Numbered from the stretch's first letter, positions 1 through 12,961 are shown. The stretch is 64,000 nt of DNA from Takakia lepidozioides (GCA_030704615.1 CM060731.1:48546001-48610000); one strand, 5' to 3'. Translations and numbers: made by a program. Notes: generated from the sequence alone by a model not told the origin.

Positions 1-143
1 CTTCTGTGCTGGGAGACTGGAGAATGCATTTGGGTTGGCAATGATTAGGTTCTCAAGTAGACAGTCCCACACTGACAGTTTTGATCAGGTTTGAGGGCTC
101 CGATTCTATGCTCCAGGTTCTTATTATTTGCGTGGACTGGCAG

Positions 144-3100
144 TGGTGGATGTGGTGCGTACAGATAGGCATCTTGAGTTTTACGGAGATGCGAAGAATA
201 TGGCACGGATGTCAGACATTCTGGCTGTATATGCTTGGATTGATCCCTCCACTGGTTATTGCCAAGGTGAACTTCATGCTTGTCCCCCTATTGTCATGGA
301 ATGACAGAACGGTTGATTGGTAAGCTGGTATTGCTGGCCTTAATGCATGGCTTCAAATGACAGTATTTCAAGGACATTTTCCATAGGCAGTCAGATGGGT
401 TTTCTCCCAAACAGCTATTCCTGCAGTAGCCTGCCGTGGGCGATGCAATGTATCATTGTGTGAGTCTCTCCCAGGTATGAAGTGACAGCAGGATTTGATG
501 AACTGACTCTGCAAAATGGCTGCCCTATATTCTGTGTTTGTTTCTGTCAAGTATCCTTATTTTTAGGAAGAGAGAGTTTTCTGCTGTTAATGTAAAGAAG
601 ATGAGGTTTTTTCTTATAAAGTGACCGCATGGAAGCTATAAACTTGTGTGAATCTGCTCAAGTGGGCATAGGAGTTCCATTCCAGCTTCTATATAGGAAG
701 GATAGGAAAGAACGGAGATCTCTTGTTGCAGCAATTGGTGTGCCCTCCACCATATCTTTATGCAGGAAGAATTGACAGCTACTATATTCGCCCACAGTAA
801 GCTTGGGCATGCACTAAGTTATCTGAGTCTATGACATAAGTTTATACAATTGCAGATGAAGTTGTAGCTAAAACAGATTGTTGCTTTGACAGGCATGAGC
901 GATCTGCTGTCCCCATTCATTGTGCTGTTTGATGATGACGCAGACGCATTCTGGTGCTTTGAAAGCCTCCTTAGAAGAGTGGTAAGCCGTAGACCTACCC
1001 TCCCCATGTAGCAAGTTCTTGAATATGCCGATGTGTGAGAGTATTGAATATTTTTGAATGTAAGAGGACAATCGGCTTGTAAGGTCCACATGGTCGGAGA
1101 GCCCCCAATGAGACATTGATAATGGATCAGATGCATCTACTGCAGTGGGCTTTAGGTCGAGTGTGCACCTTGTGAACCAGGTCCTTCTATTGAAACCAGT
1201 TATCAACTGTAAATGCTTCTGTGCCTTTCCCAAATTTCCCAGCAGCTGTACAGTCACTGCTTACTGTGGCCAAGGTCTCTGAATTGCCTGTGCTTTAGAT
1301 AGAGGAGAGATGCTTCCCTGAACCAACAAAGCAACATTCACAGTCATGTGATTCTTTACTGACATGACAATCGGGTATGCAGCGGCAAAACTTCCAAATG
1401 GAAGGGCCGGTGGGAGTGATGAAGCAGCTAGAGTCGCTGTCCAAGATCATGGAGTTGACAGATGCACAGTTGTTCAAGCATCTATTGATGGCTGGTGCTG
1501 ACAACTTCCTTTTTGCATTTCGCATGCTACTGGTCCTTTTTCGTCGAGAGCTCTCTTTTGGTGAAGCCCTTTACATGTGGGAGGTGAGCCCATTTCCATT
1601 CTTCACATGACATCTTCTCCCTTATCCTGGCCTAATTCCATGCTACATATTTCACACTACTTGGCCAACTGGTTTTCAAATGAAACCAAGTGCTCGTGAG
1701 GGAGGAAAAACAATTCTACACGCAAAGCTGCACTACAGATGACTTGATCCCATGGCACCGAGCATTCAAAGAACTTCATCCCTTCTGCATGGCCAGCCCA
1801 CAACTGCAGTGCATGTCTCTTTACAGCAGTGAGATAACGTTGTGGGAGTGAACCAAGTGACATGCTTGTGTGTTAGTTGCTTGTGTTCTTTACTGTTCAT
1901 TTGTGAAGTGTTCTAGCAAATGACATGATCCTGTTGTGGGTCAAGGGTCAGAAAGTCCAAAACCATTCCTATTACAGCAGCAGTGTTGTCTCATTGTTGC
2001 AGTCTGACCAAGCCAATATGTAAACCATTGGACTGATTGAATAGCTTGTCGTTTTGAGGTGAAAGGTGGGCACATGTCTGCTGTACAGAGGCAGAGAGAT
2101 TGAGAGACAACCCAGTAGTAGAGAGTTCACCTGCTGTAGTATTTCTTAGGTGTCCAGTGCGGTTGAGCTGGTTGTGGGGTGGTCTGCTAGATGATGTGGG
2201 CTGCAGACTTTGATCAAGCCATGGCTTGGGCTCTGGAATATAATTGCCTTGATGCACTTGTGTTGAGAAATTCCTCTTCATCAGTGGAGGATCAGTTGCT
2301 TGCTGAAGATGAAAGTTACCTGGTCCAATCACCTGAACCCAGAACTGCCTTCCCTGCAAGCCCCTTGGATCAGCCACACTTGACAACTCCAGTCACATTT
2401 GGCCGGAGCTTTTTGTTGAAGCGGAGTCCCTTTTGTGGCCTGAGACCAGGCCACTTCTGGCCCAAGCACCAGCATCGAACACCACCAACTGTCACAGGCC
2501 TGTTGGGACGAAATGGTGACGAGGAGCTCTCCGTGTTCTGTGTAGCTGCAATTCTTGTCCAGAATCGGTCAAAGCTTCTAAAGGAGGTCCAATCGATGGA
2601 TGATGCCATTAAGGTGAATTGTGTTGCATTCTTCACCATGATATGATGGAGTGATCACCATGATATTTTTCTCACAAGTTTATTTCCGGGTCTTAGAAAA
2701 TAGTAGATGTGGCACAAATACCCAGGCTGGTTCCTCTCATCCAATGTTGTGTGGTAATTGCCAATGGGGGATGGGCTATTTACAATTTGGTGTACGATCT
2801 CACAGTTTGTTGCAATAGTTGACAAACTCCATTAGGTTTGATTGGAGTAGTGGCTGCTGTATGACATGTCTGGAGGGCTTCAATAGTGGCATGCCACAGT
2901 CTGAGATTGAAACAGTCTGTTTCCTATAAAGACTTGGGTTGGTGAGGTAGCTGAGCAGTACTTAAAAGAGTTAAATGGGTTGCTATCAGATTTTCAACGA
3001 CATGGATATGAAAGTCAAGGTGCACAGCTGTGTGCATACTGCCATCAAACTGCGGAAAAAGTACCACAGTCAGGTAGGCCTTATTTTCCACCTTGTTTTC

Positions 3101-4000
3101 TGTACTAAGCATGTCCCCCCGACAGTGTGCATGCATTTAATTGTGCAAGCATGTTCATAAAGTTTGGTTGTCAAGTGGTAAAATGCATTCAGACTGACTT
3201 CATTCAATTGGTCTAATTTCAGCCAGAGGCTGGGAAACCACTGATGAGATTTAGCAGTGGAGGACCCCAAGATTTGGACATATAGCTGGCATGGATGCTA
3301 ACAGACAGTTGGAATTTTGTCTGGTTCAGTTGGCCAAGCGTATCGCCTTGGAGAGAAGATCCAGTACTAGACACCAGCGGGCCTTCCAAATTTAAAATTA
3401 TCATTCTTTTGGGATGGGCTTCAAAATCACAGCCCAAAGGGCTGTATATTCTGTCACGTAACTTTGAACAGTGGAGGTTTTGACTTAGGTCAGTCTCTCT
3501 CCTGTGCTGGTGCAGAAGCCGGAGGGAACTGCTACTTAACCTGTGGTAGGGTATTATTTCTGATCACTATTGAGTTGAAGGTGCTGGACTTGGTTGAATA
3601 CCCACTCATACTGTTTAATCGCCAGTGCTACGCGTGTACTCTCAAGATACACTTATAATTTTTTATTTGTCACGGTCTCTTTTCTCGCAAGCCTCCTCCA
3701 ATCTCTCTCCTCGTTAGCATCATGGCAATCTAGTCCAATATCATGGTTGTGTAGTGTTCATCAAAAGGTCTCTGTAGCCTGGGTCTTTGCCAATTGAATG
3801 ACAAGACGTGGGCATGAGAGAGTTGCTGCATCCTATGATGTGCAAGTTATTTCAAGAAAGGCGCCTTGGTGCTGTGAGTTCGTTAGTCAGATAGGTGGAA
3901 TATGTTTACAGTCATGAGACAGGTTGCACCTTTGTTTTTGCAGGTAAAGAAAGGAAAAGCTCTCGCGAAGTTCTTGGAGTGGGTTTTTTGCTTGACATGA
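144..4000 (+). CDS. TBC/Rab-GAP domain protein, 3' part (5' exons outside window); exons 144-266, 893-981, 1383-1583, 2191-2613, 2990-3073, last exon probably 3944-4000
   Basis: GT-AG spliced exons join in phase to give the TBC motifs VVDVVRTD..YAWIDPSTGYCQGMSDLLSPF..AFWCF, then FLFAFRMLLVLFRRELSFGEALYMWE and LSVFCVAAIL. The terminal exon is uncertain (alternative 3516-3539). Confidence 0.9.
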
Positions 4001-4880
4001 GAAGAGATGCTTGCAGCATGTGGTTGCCATCAAATGTCTTTGATTTGGAAGGACAGATGGAGATACAACATGTGATACCCTTGACAATTGTTGAATGGTC
4101 ACAAATCCATTGCAGTATGGTTACAGTCTGTTCGGGTCTTACATTTGCCATGTTAATCATAAGATTGCGATTTGTTTGCCTCAGGCACTATAAACTGGCT
4201 CTTTAAAAAAATGGAATAGAAACTTGGCTCCTGGATGGTTACAATAAGATCCAAAACATGCAATTGGCTTCAACAGCAGAAAAGATGGTGACCCTCTCCT
4301 GTGCTTGTACCCAATCATTCTGGAGTCAGGAAACTCAAAGTGTCTTGGACTACACCGAAGCGAGAATGGTTTGCTTATTTGACTTTAACTCACTTCCACC
4401 TCAACAAGTTTACTGAACTCCGGAAAAAAAACAGGGGTTAAGAAATTGGAGCGGTAGGAGGGGCCATGCAGAGTTGACTGTCTACGTTGCTAGACATAAT
4501 TGGCCTGCAGTTGGGCTGGCAACTTTTACGTAGATTCTACTCTTGGATCTATAATATTTTGACCAGGCTGACTATTGTAGTGCATTCCACACCCTCACCG
4601 GTTGGATTGAGTGAAAATTGTCAAAGTTCTGGAATGGGCTCACCTTGAATTGCTAACCTATGGAGGTAATTTTGACCCCCCCTCAAACACATACAAAATA
4701 TCCTAATAAAAACAAATGTAGAATACCAAACAACATGTTTATGGGAGGCAGAAGCAGGAAAAATGAACCTGTCACTCAAATAGCCTCAAATTTCATACTT
4801 TGCAAAATCTGAAAACCATAAAAAAATCCCACTAAAACACTATGCTCTCTCTTGTTGTGTGGTGAATGTTTCTGCAAATA

Positions 4881-5090
4881 AAGCCCCCCAAGTTTGGGTG
4901 GCCCTATCCATTAGAGAGTGGTCCACGAATTAAAAAGCAGGGGTTATAGTAAGCTAAACAAGGATTTGAATTAATAACCGTCATGTAAGAGGGTAAGTAA
5001 AGTAAAAAAAAAGGTAGGAAGGTGAGAGGTATTAAATTGGGGATGGTTCAGTCGCCGGTAAGAAGGTTTCTAGGGGTGACATGTGTAGGG
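4881..5090. repeat. Dispersed ~200 bp repeat, copy 1 (possible Mutator-like terminus)
   Basis: AAGCCCCCCAAGTTTGGGTGGCC...AGGATTTGAATTAATAACCGTCA...GGGGATGGTTCA...TAGGGGTGACATGTGT recurs at 50217-50435; lies next to a SWIM-family fragment. Confidence 0.7.
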
Positions 5091-5128
5091 TGGATGGATG
5101 GATGTAACAAGGTGGCGTGACGGTAGCC

Positions 5129-5619
5129 TCACTTATCTCGCCAGATGTCACTTTTTTGGGGGCTGAAATTTGCAATGATTTTGTTGATGCTTAGTCTTAG
5201 GTGCAAGTTGTGCGCTTCGCTGATGTGGGGGGCTAAAGCAATGCGACCACAATCATGTGCTGGCCCATGGCACATGTCTCCAGCTCGATTAATGCGTCTC
5301 TTCTCGTAGTACACGACCTCTGCAATCTTCGGGTCCAAATAGCATTGCTTCACTGCAAATCGACATACACATCCCCTCTTGATGCCTTCACCAGATTTCG
5401 TGTTGGACGTCCTCGATACTTTTGGTTTTGCACCTTGGCGGATACGACAACTCTTGCCTTTCTGCCCTTCTTCTTCAGAGGTCGCGGTTTCCACTTCTTG
5501 GCTGCCATGGCAGATGTAACCTCGAAGACGGCAAAAGTTTTATCCTCTGGCCCGAATGAGCAGTGGTACCTACGACAGAAAGCACATTGCATTACTGTAA
5601 TATGAGGGGATGACCGCAT
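5129..5619 (-). pseudogene. Frameshifted fragment of a plant SWIM zinc-finger / Mutator-like transposase-related protein
   Basis: Two overlapping frames give RYHCSFGPED and KRGCVCRFAVKQCYLDPKIAEVVYYEKRRINRAGDMCHGP, matching the YxCSxGPED / KRGCxCxFxVK...CHGP blocks I recognise from plant SWIM-domain proteins. Confidence 0.7.
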
Positions 5620-7852
5620 GGAAGAGTTCTAGAAGAAGGGGCGCCATGGAACTCGGGTACTAGTACTGTGTAGAGACACAGGAAACTCTGAACTCAAAAC
5701 AATCCTTCAACCCAAACATGATTGTCACACTAAGCAATGAATGGAAACAATATACTTGAAACTTGTATACTTGTACGAGAACCCCATGTTTTCAGATGCA
5801 GATTTTGAGAGGGTCCTCTATGAATCAACTGACTGAGGAAACTGTTGCCAAGATCACTCCTTTGACCCTACACATGACTGTTTCTGGAAACAGTTAAAGG
5901 AAACGATACTTCCAGCAAATTTGTAACATGTCAAGTTAAATAAGCACAGTGTGAAACTAGCTAGAATAAAGCTAGTTATTTGTATTTAACACTTGGATTT
6001 AGGTCAAGTGTTAAATCAAGTGTCAAGTTTAGTTTGACACCTGACCCGTCTTATCTTCACGAGAGCGGCAGTCGCGCGGCTCATCTCTCTCGAGTTGAGC
6101 CTGCGCGACCGAGCTCCTGCATCGTTTAGGACTGAGTGTGCTCATGATGGGAGTGTAGGTTGTTGTGGGGTGGAGTCCCCACAGCTTGGGGTGCCCCTGG
6201 CTCGACTTCTGTTTTAACGAGTGATGTTGAGGGATTTCATATTTCTTGTGTTGAGAGTGTGTGTCCTTTCAAGCTTTCTTATCACTCGAGAGAGATGATG
6301 CTCTTACCTGTGAGTGCAAGGTAGGAGTTGAGGGTTAGCACTTGTACGATTACCTGTGTGTAAGTAGTGCTTAGTTTTAGAAGCTTAAAAAACAAAAACA
6401 AAAACAAAATATGCAGGTTTCGATCAGCGTTGGTTCTGGCATGAGGCCGCCGGGCATGATGGAGCTACACTGCATGGAAGCAGCCTTCGTTTTGGTCGGT
6501 GAGGAGACATCGTGGAGTAGCAGCGATTGGCCGTTGGGAAACTGACCAAGTGCGAGACTTAAAGGAGGAGCCTGTGATCGAGCAGATGGGTAGAACTTCC
6601 GTGCCTGGAGATGGCCGGGCTGCTCGCCTTAGTTTGATGTGCACAGACCAGTGTTAAATTCAAACCAGGACAGACCAGAAGCGGTCAGGAAAGGTAACGG
6701 AAGAGCAGGTGGAGCTGGTGTAGCGGAGCCAGTTGAAGGAGGAGCTGTAAATCCGCTCCCTCCAGTAAATGCAGCGCCGGCAGGTAGAGCACGGCGCAGC
6801 GAGCTGGTTGAAGGTGCAGGCCCCGAGAGAGAAAGCCTAGCAGCAAAGCGATGGAGAACGGGGAGCCCATTGCTGGCATATCATCAACACTGCGAAACCA
6901 GGAGTCTCACAAATCTTCATGCTACTTGTGATTGTGGCTGGGAAAGCTGCTTTCACCTGGTCGATTATCTGCATAAGCAACCAACTTTCTGACAAAAAGG
7001 GTTGTTGGGGGCATTGTTGATTTCGGGGAGTGCAAGGTGCAAAGTCGTTTTTTTTAAGTGCTTCAGGTTTGTACAAAGCCAAGTAGCTGTTGCTGCCTTG
7101 CACCTTGGTTCCACCATTTTGAGGTGGAAAGTCGAATGGTGGTTCACAACCCAGCTTTCAACTCAGCACACTGCCCCGAGTCCAAGATTGTGGCGATACA
7201 GGTCAAGGGAGCTCCAGCTCTACTTGTCTCATCATTGAACACTTCCAACTGATCACTTGCCTCTACTGTCATTTCGGCGTCAAGGGTACTTACTTCTGCA
7301 CAGGCGAGCAGGGGAGGAAATGCGAAGACTCGTAGCAGGAGAAGCAATGCTGACGGATGAGGCCAGCGGACGAGAGCCTCCAAGGGTTGATGGAGAGGCA
7401 GCGGAAGGAGGCTGCAGATTGAGTTCCACTTTACTGAGGCAATCGCAAATTCCTGTAGAGACTTGATAACTGTATGATTGTCTCTCTTATACTGGAGCTG
7501 ATGCAGATGGACCCAGGCCTTGGGTCTGCATGCTGAGCATGGTTCACTTTCTTTTTCCTGGCAGTGAAGTTGTTTGTGCCTTGTGGGGGTGGTGACGGGG
7601 CAATCTGGTGCCTGTTGTCGCCGATCCCTGACCTGTAAATTGCACACTGAAGAAACACGAGTAGTAACAGGAAGGCGGAAACCATTGTAAGCCAACAATA
7701 ATCGCTGGTGAGAGATGCGAATTAGACCAAGTTGATGGAACTTCAAGCTGGTCTTGGCCTTGGATTCCATGCAAAGACGGCCACATTACAGCAGGCCGCC
7801 TGTCCATAAGCCATGAAGGTGCTGCGCAGTGCATCTGCTCTTGAAATCGCCC

Positions 7853-7963
7853 CAATTCCTGGTTTGTAGTCTCTAGGTCGAATAAGGCCTGGGCTACAGC
7901 CTCTTCGAACTCATCAGGCTCAAGCCCCTTCTCCTTCTGAATCTTCCTGCGTGCTGTAAACAT
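7853..7963 (-). pseudogene. RPS7: N-terminal fragment of 40S ribosomal protein eS7 (RPS7)
   Basis: [37 protein letters not shown] is the eS7 N-terminus; similarity stops abruptly after 37 codons. Confidence 0.85.
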
Positions 7964-8036
7964 GGCTGCTGCCTTGCCGTCCTGAAAGCTCGAGGAGGCA
8001 GGCCCACGCGCAGAGAAAAGCAAATCGCCTCCAGGG

Positions 8037-11000
8037 TGTGATACCCCACCCAACTAAGGTCGAGTTTTGGAGTTAATGAGCTCTTGGTGCCTGGAGAAGC
8101 CTGGAGGGGAACGGCCTCGGGACCCCGTAGATAACCTGGGAACAGGTTGTAATGGCAAAAACGTTTTGGTGTTAAAAAAAAAAAAAATGGCCTTTTTGAT
8201 CTAATTTAAATGTTTAAAGAGCCTGGTTGGTCATATCTTTGTCAAATGAGCTCCGTTTGACTCAGTTTTTGAGGGGATAGCTGCAGAAAGGGGAAATCTA
8301 TCTATCTGTTTTTGGGACTCTGCTAAAAATCTATGGAATTTTTAGAGTGTGAGTGTGTCGTGAAAGATCCACAATTCTGTTTCTAGAACCAATTCTGGCC
8401 TATTTGAGAGACAAATCTGTGGATGTCCTCCTTGTATGGCTGGGGGAAATGAGGACGTGATTGAAGGGCAAGTCTCTTCTCTTAGCCTGTGCACCAAAGG
8501 GGACAAGATTTATGTTTCCCAAGGAACTCAGACTGATTTGAGTGGAGAACAGTTGGACGAGTTGATTGCATACTGGGAGTCAGGTATTAGTAGTGGACAA
8601 CAAACTGCTGTGGTTGGCGTTGAGGGCCTCAATATCGCCTTGGACAGTCAGAACTCTGTTGGAACCAGCAGTTCTGCAGCTGTAGGTGAAATACCAAAGT
8701 GGGTGAAAGCTAGGCTTGGACCACAGCCAAAGACAGCCTCGGGGACCAAGGTGTTCAGCCACAAGGCCGTGGTGTACTGGAGCAGAGGAGCAGGAGCTAC
8801 ACAAGTTTGTGCAATTAGACATGGTTGCAGCCGGATACGCTCTGCACAGGGCAACCACGAGCGGGGGTTCATCAGCAATGACATGTTTGTTGTGCGTGAA
8901 GAGATGCAGTCATTCGCAATGAGGACACCCGCAACCGTCTCAAAGCTTTCGAGTTGAGAGACTATCAGACCCTATCTTTGTTTTCTTTAGTATTCAGTGA
9001 GCGAGAGATAGAGGAGTATTGCTTTGTCTCTACCTGGCAGAAAGAGGAGGAGGGTTGGTTAGAGCGAGCTACTGTAGCTTGGGACAAGGTTAGTGGCAGG
9101 TTTCTGGACATAGATATACCTCCTACACCTTACCATCATGCAGAGCGAGGCACTTTGAGAGAAGTCTGGCAGTTGATAGCATAGATCAGGATTAGATCTT
9201 GCTTGGTCGGGCTTCTATTCTTCCCCTCCATCTCTGTACTATTTTCATTACCTTGTACTTGTAGTTGCCAAAGCCTCTCTTGGTGGAGGCCAGTCAGTCC
9301 GGGGTTTTGGGCTGGGCTATTCTGCAGGATCAGCATTGCAGCTGGATTTTGGTGTGGGGGTGTTGATGTTTTGATTTCTTGTGTTTGGATCCCCCCCAAC
9401 ACCTGCATGCTTGACTGTGCGCCATGTTGGTTTTGTGTGGGCGCTTGCTTTCATAGGGATTAGGCCGGATTTGATCACCGGTCAATCCTAGAGTATGCTG
9501 TCGGTGGTGAGGCTGGAGTGATGACCAGCAAGACCACCAGTGTTTCTTCTATGGTGAGGCTGGGTTGATGACCAGCCAACCATAAGAGTTCTTGCGGTGG
9601 ATGCAGGTGCAGGTGCCCTGAGCCATTGGAATATGACCCTTAAACTGCAACAGGTGCCCACCCGTGTCACTATTAGATTAAGTACTAGAGCCTTATAGTG
9701 TCACGTGGAGGAGGTGCACATTGTGAGTGTCATTACGGAGTTACCCAAGGGTTTTGAGGGGAGTACGGCTACAGGCAGTAACAGTGAGAGTGGGTTCACA
9801 AGACGAGGTATTCGGTTCAGACCACCTTCACCGCCACCCTCAATTACTGTAGAGTCAGACACAGACTCGGAGGCTTCATCAACAGGTGTGCACTTTCAAT
9901 CGCCATTGTTGTGGGACGACATGGAGGAGATGTATGGAGCTACCAAGGGGCCTCATAGGTACTCTGGAGCTGTAGGCACAATTGAGTTGGATGACTTTAT
10001 CCAGGAGTTCGACAGCTGGTGTGATTTGCAGCAGATGCGCAATCCACAGCTATTCACCCCATTCATGGCGTGGAAGGGACTGTTCCAGCATTTGGAAGGC
10101 CCGCCTATGGACGATTACCACGAGTTCAGGCGAGGACATGAAGCAGAGATTGAGGAGTGGAGGATGTATTGGTCACCTGACTACGTCTCCATTACTCGAG
10201 GCACGACGCGACCAGTAGCTGCATCAGTACCAATAGCTCCCACTGCCAGCACTAGTAGTGGAGCAAGTAGTGCTGGTACTTCTGCAGGTGGTACCAGTTC
10301 AAAAGGTGCTACTACTCCTCCTGCCACGACTATAACACATGTGCCTAGATTCAACCCGGTGGTGGAGTTCTTCCAGGAGTTGCGGAGGAACTACCAAGAT
10401 GTACGGACAGAGAAGCTGCGAAGTTTGCAAGACTTCCAGCGCAAACCCAGTGAGAGCCTGCGAGAGGCGTACACTCGTATGAGGCGCTTGATAAGTGTCA
10501 CCCAAGGGGTTATTGAAGCTCAGGCAATCCAGTTTTGGTATGGAATTCTGGACAAGGAGCTCAAGAGAAGGGTGCGAGATGCAACCCTGTTACAAGCAGC
10601 CCAACCCACATTAGCAGATGTGTTTCTGCTGGCTGAGCGGATTGAGCTCAACATGGTGGAGGAGCGAGTTGTTACAATTGGATTTGGCAAGGACATGCCT
10701 GCACGGGGCACAGCTGTTAGCCCACAGGCACAAGGGACTGCCCAACAGCGTGGTCAGGGGGGCAAGGTTGCCCAGCCCAAGTTCCATGGAGCTTATAGGG
10801 GACCTCAGGTGCAGAGGCCCGTGACATCTTTTGCAGGCCAACAGCAACTAGGGGTGATATGTTGGACATGTGGAGGACCCCATGTCAAGAGAGATTGCCC
10901 AGAGAGTGGCAAAAGGCCGGCACAAGCACAGCCTGCACAGTTGTAGTGTGGGCATTGTGGCAAGTATGGGCATGGAGATGCCCAGTGTTATGACTTGCAT

Positions 11001-12935
11001 CCTGAGTTGCGCCCAGGCCAATTCCAAGGGAACAATGGTGGCCGGGGGTGAGGTGGACCAGCCCAAAGAGGACGAGGTGGTCGGGCACGAGGTGCAGGCC
11101 AAGGGCAAGCTCCACATGGCCAAGGACGCGGAGGTCAGGGTGTTGACCAAGGCATGGCCAATCGGCTTCAGCAGCTAGAGCAGAGGCTCGCTGCCATGGC
11201 TATAGCTCAGGCGGTACCGGCTCCCAGGCGGGATGGTCCACCTCTTGCTCCTGAGGGAGGAGATATGGAAGGCATGGGATTCATGTGCGGAGCAGCACTA
11301 CCACTAGAGCAGGTGGAGTCTGCTGCAGCCGTGACTCGAGGAGCAGCACGAGTTCCTGAGCCACGAGGTGCAGAGGTGGAATTGGATCCACAACGTGGGG
11401 AGGCAAGCCGTCAGGCGAGGCTTCCTCAGTCATTCACATTGGCGGAGACTGTGTCGACGCCATCCATGGCACCTAGTTCTCGCCCGACTGTTACCGAGAC
11501 GGAGGTTACTATGCCATTGGGGAGAGCTACACGTGCAGCACTGACACCTGCTACCAAGGCTAGTGCAGCCGGTGTGTTATTGGGGGCAGCCACCTCTGTG
11601 TGTCAAGCCCCATTGTTCTCGGCAACCATGATTGCGACGCCGGGGGTGAGGCCAGCTGCAGTGTTCAGACTAGCAGCAACACTCTGTGAGAGTGGGGAGG
11701 TCACTTCATCTTCTGCGGAGTTAGTGGAAGGTGTAGTGGCAGAGGGATCCTCGGATTTGAGGGTCAAGACTGCCACGGCTGCGTCCTGGCAAGCTGCAGC
11801 TGCCAGGTTGACGGAGCTGCCAGCTAGGCCAGCCTTTGAGCGCGCCATGGTGACACCTGGAGTTGTCTTGTTAGACAACCAGGGAGGCATTTTCACTTTG
11901 AGTGGACCGGCAGGCAAGAAGTACCGGCCACTGCGGGTCTTGTTGGACTCGGGAGCTCAGCCACTGATGTTGGGCAGAGCTGCTATTGCAGGTTTGGGCC
12001 TCATGGAGGCGGATATGGAGCCTTGTCCTTTCCAGATACAGACATCTCTGGGAGGATCAGAGCAGGCTCGGGGCATGACACGGCATCAGTTGGCCATTAG
12101 ACTACAGCCGGATCATCCTATCGATGGCTCAGTAATGCGAGCCAAGGCCATTGTGACAGACGCGGTCTCTTACGATGTCCTCGTTGGTGGGGCAGTGTTA
12201 TACCCCATGGGCTTCACCCTAGACTTTTGGGAGGAGTCAGCATCCTACAGGCCTGGATGGCAGTCAGGCGATGGTCGCCGTGCACAGCTCCCTGTGACAT
12301 TCATTGGGGGTATAGCGGCTGCCCAGCGGGGCAAGATGCCAACACTAGCCGCTTTTACAGCTGCAGTTAGTTGGCCTGGAGAGTTGCTGGAAGGCAATGC
12401 CCATGCAGAGGATGTGCCACCTCCAGCAGAGCAGGATAACATGCATGGTATGGCGGAGTTGCCTGCCATGGTTGCTCACACTCCATTGTGGGGTACGAGC
12501 AAGGATTTGCAGCAGGTTGCTGATCGACGTGTGCAACAAGCCTGGGTAGAGGCTTTTGTACCGTCAGGAGAGGAGGAGAGTGCGGGTATTGCACCAGGAC
12601 CACCTCAGTTGTCACCATTGGATACCACACCTATTGTGTGGCAGTATCCGGATGAAGGCATTTGCCTTCTGGACTTGTTTGGCGGGATCAGCACCGGATT
12701 GGCTGCTGTGCTACAGGCAGGTGTGCGGGTAAGGCGTTACCTGTATGTGGAGAGGGATGAGACTGCACGACGCGTCTCACTGCGCCATGTTGCTTAGTTG
12801 GTACAGCAGTACCCTGCTTTGTTGCGAGTGTCTGCAGTTCGTGGATACCAACAAGCCTTGCCAGCAGACATTTCGTTGCTGGGGGCGCTGGATTTGGAGC
12901 AGGTTGGCTCCATTGATCTGGTAGTGGCAGGTTTT
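8037..12935 (+). mobile_element. 3'-truncated LTR-type (probably Ty3/gypsy-like) retrotransposon carrying a C5 DNA methyltransferase domain
   Basis: Begins TGTGATACCCC (LTR-like start; boundary tentative) and contains an upstream ORF remnant and a gag-PR-MTase frame. RT, RNase H and integrase are absent from the window. Confidence 0.75.
9705..12935 (+). pseudogene. gag - two zinc knuckles - aspartic protease - cytosine-5 methyltransferase polyprotein, interrupted by 3 in-frame stops
   Basis: ORFs 9705-10946 and 11154-12797 share one frame, with stops at 10944 (TAG), 11049 (TGA) and 12795 (TAG). Gag-like LQDFQRKPSESLREAYTRM; knuckles CWTCGGPHVKRDC and CGHCGKYGHGDAQC; protease VLLDSGA...YDVLVG; MTase motifs LLDLFGGISTG (I), YLYVERD (II), PADIS (III), IDLVVAGF (start of IV). 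Confidence 0.85.
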
Positions 12936-12961
12936 TACTTTTTCTAACATTTTTCTGTATA

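Noticed and set aside
5922-6410. Solo LTR starting TGTAAC
   Set aside because: No partner copy, TSD, PBS or PPT could be established.
7544-8053. 169-aa ORF as functional RPS7
   Set aside because: Only 37 codons match; the rest is unrelated sequence.
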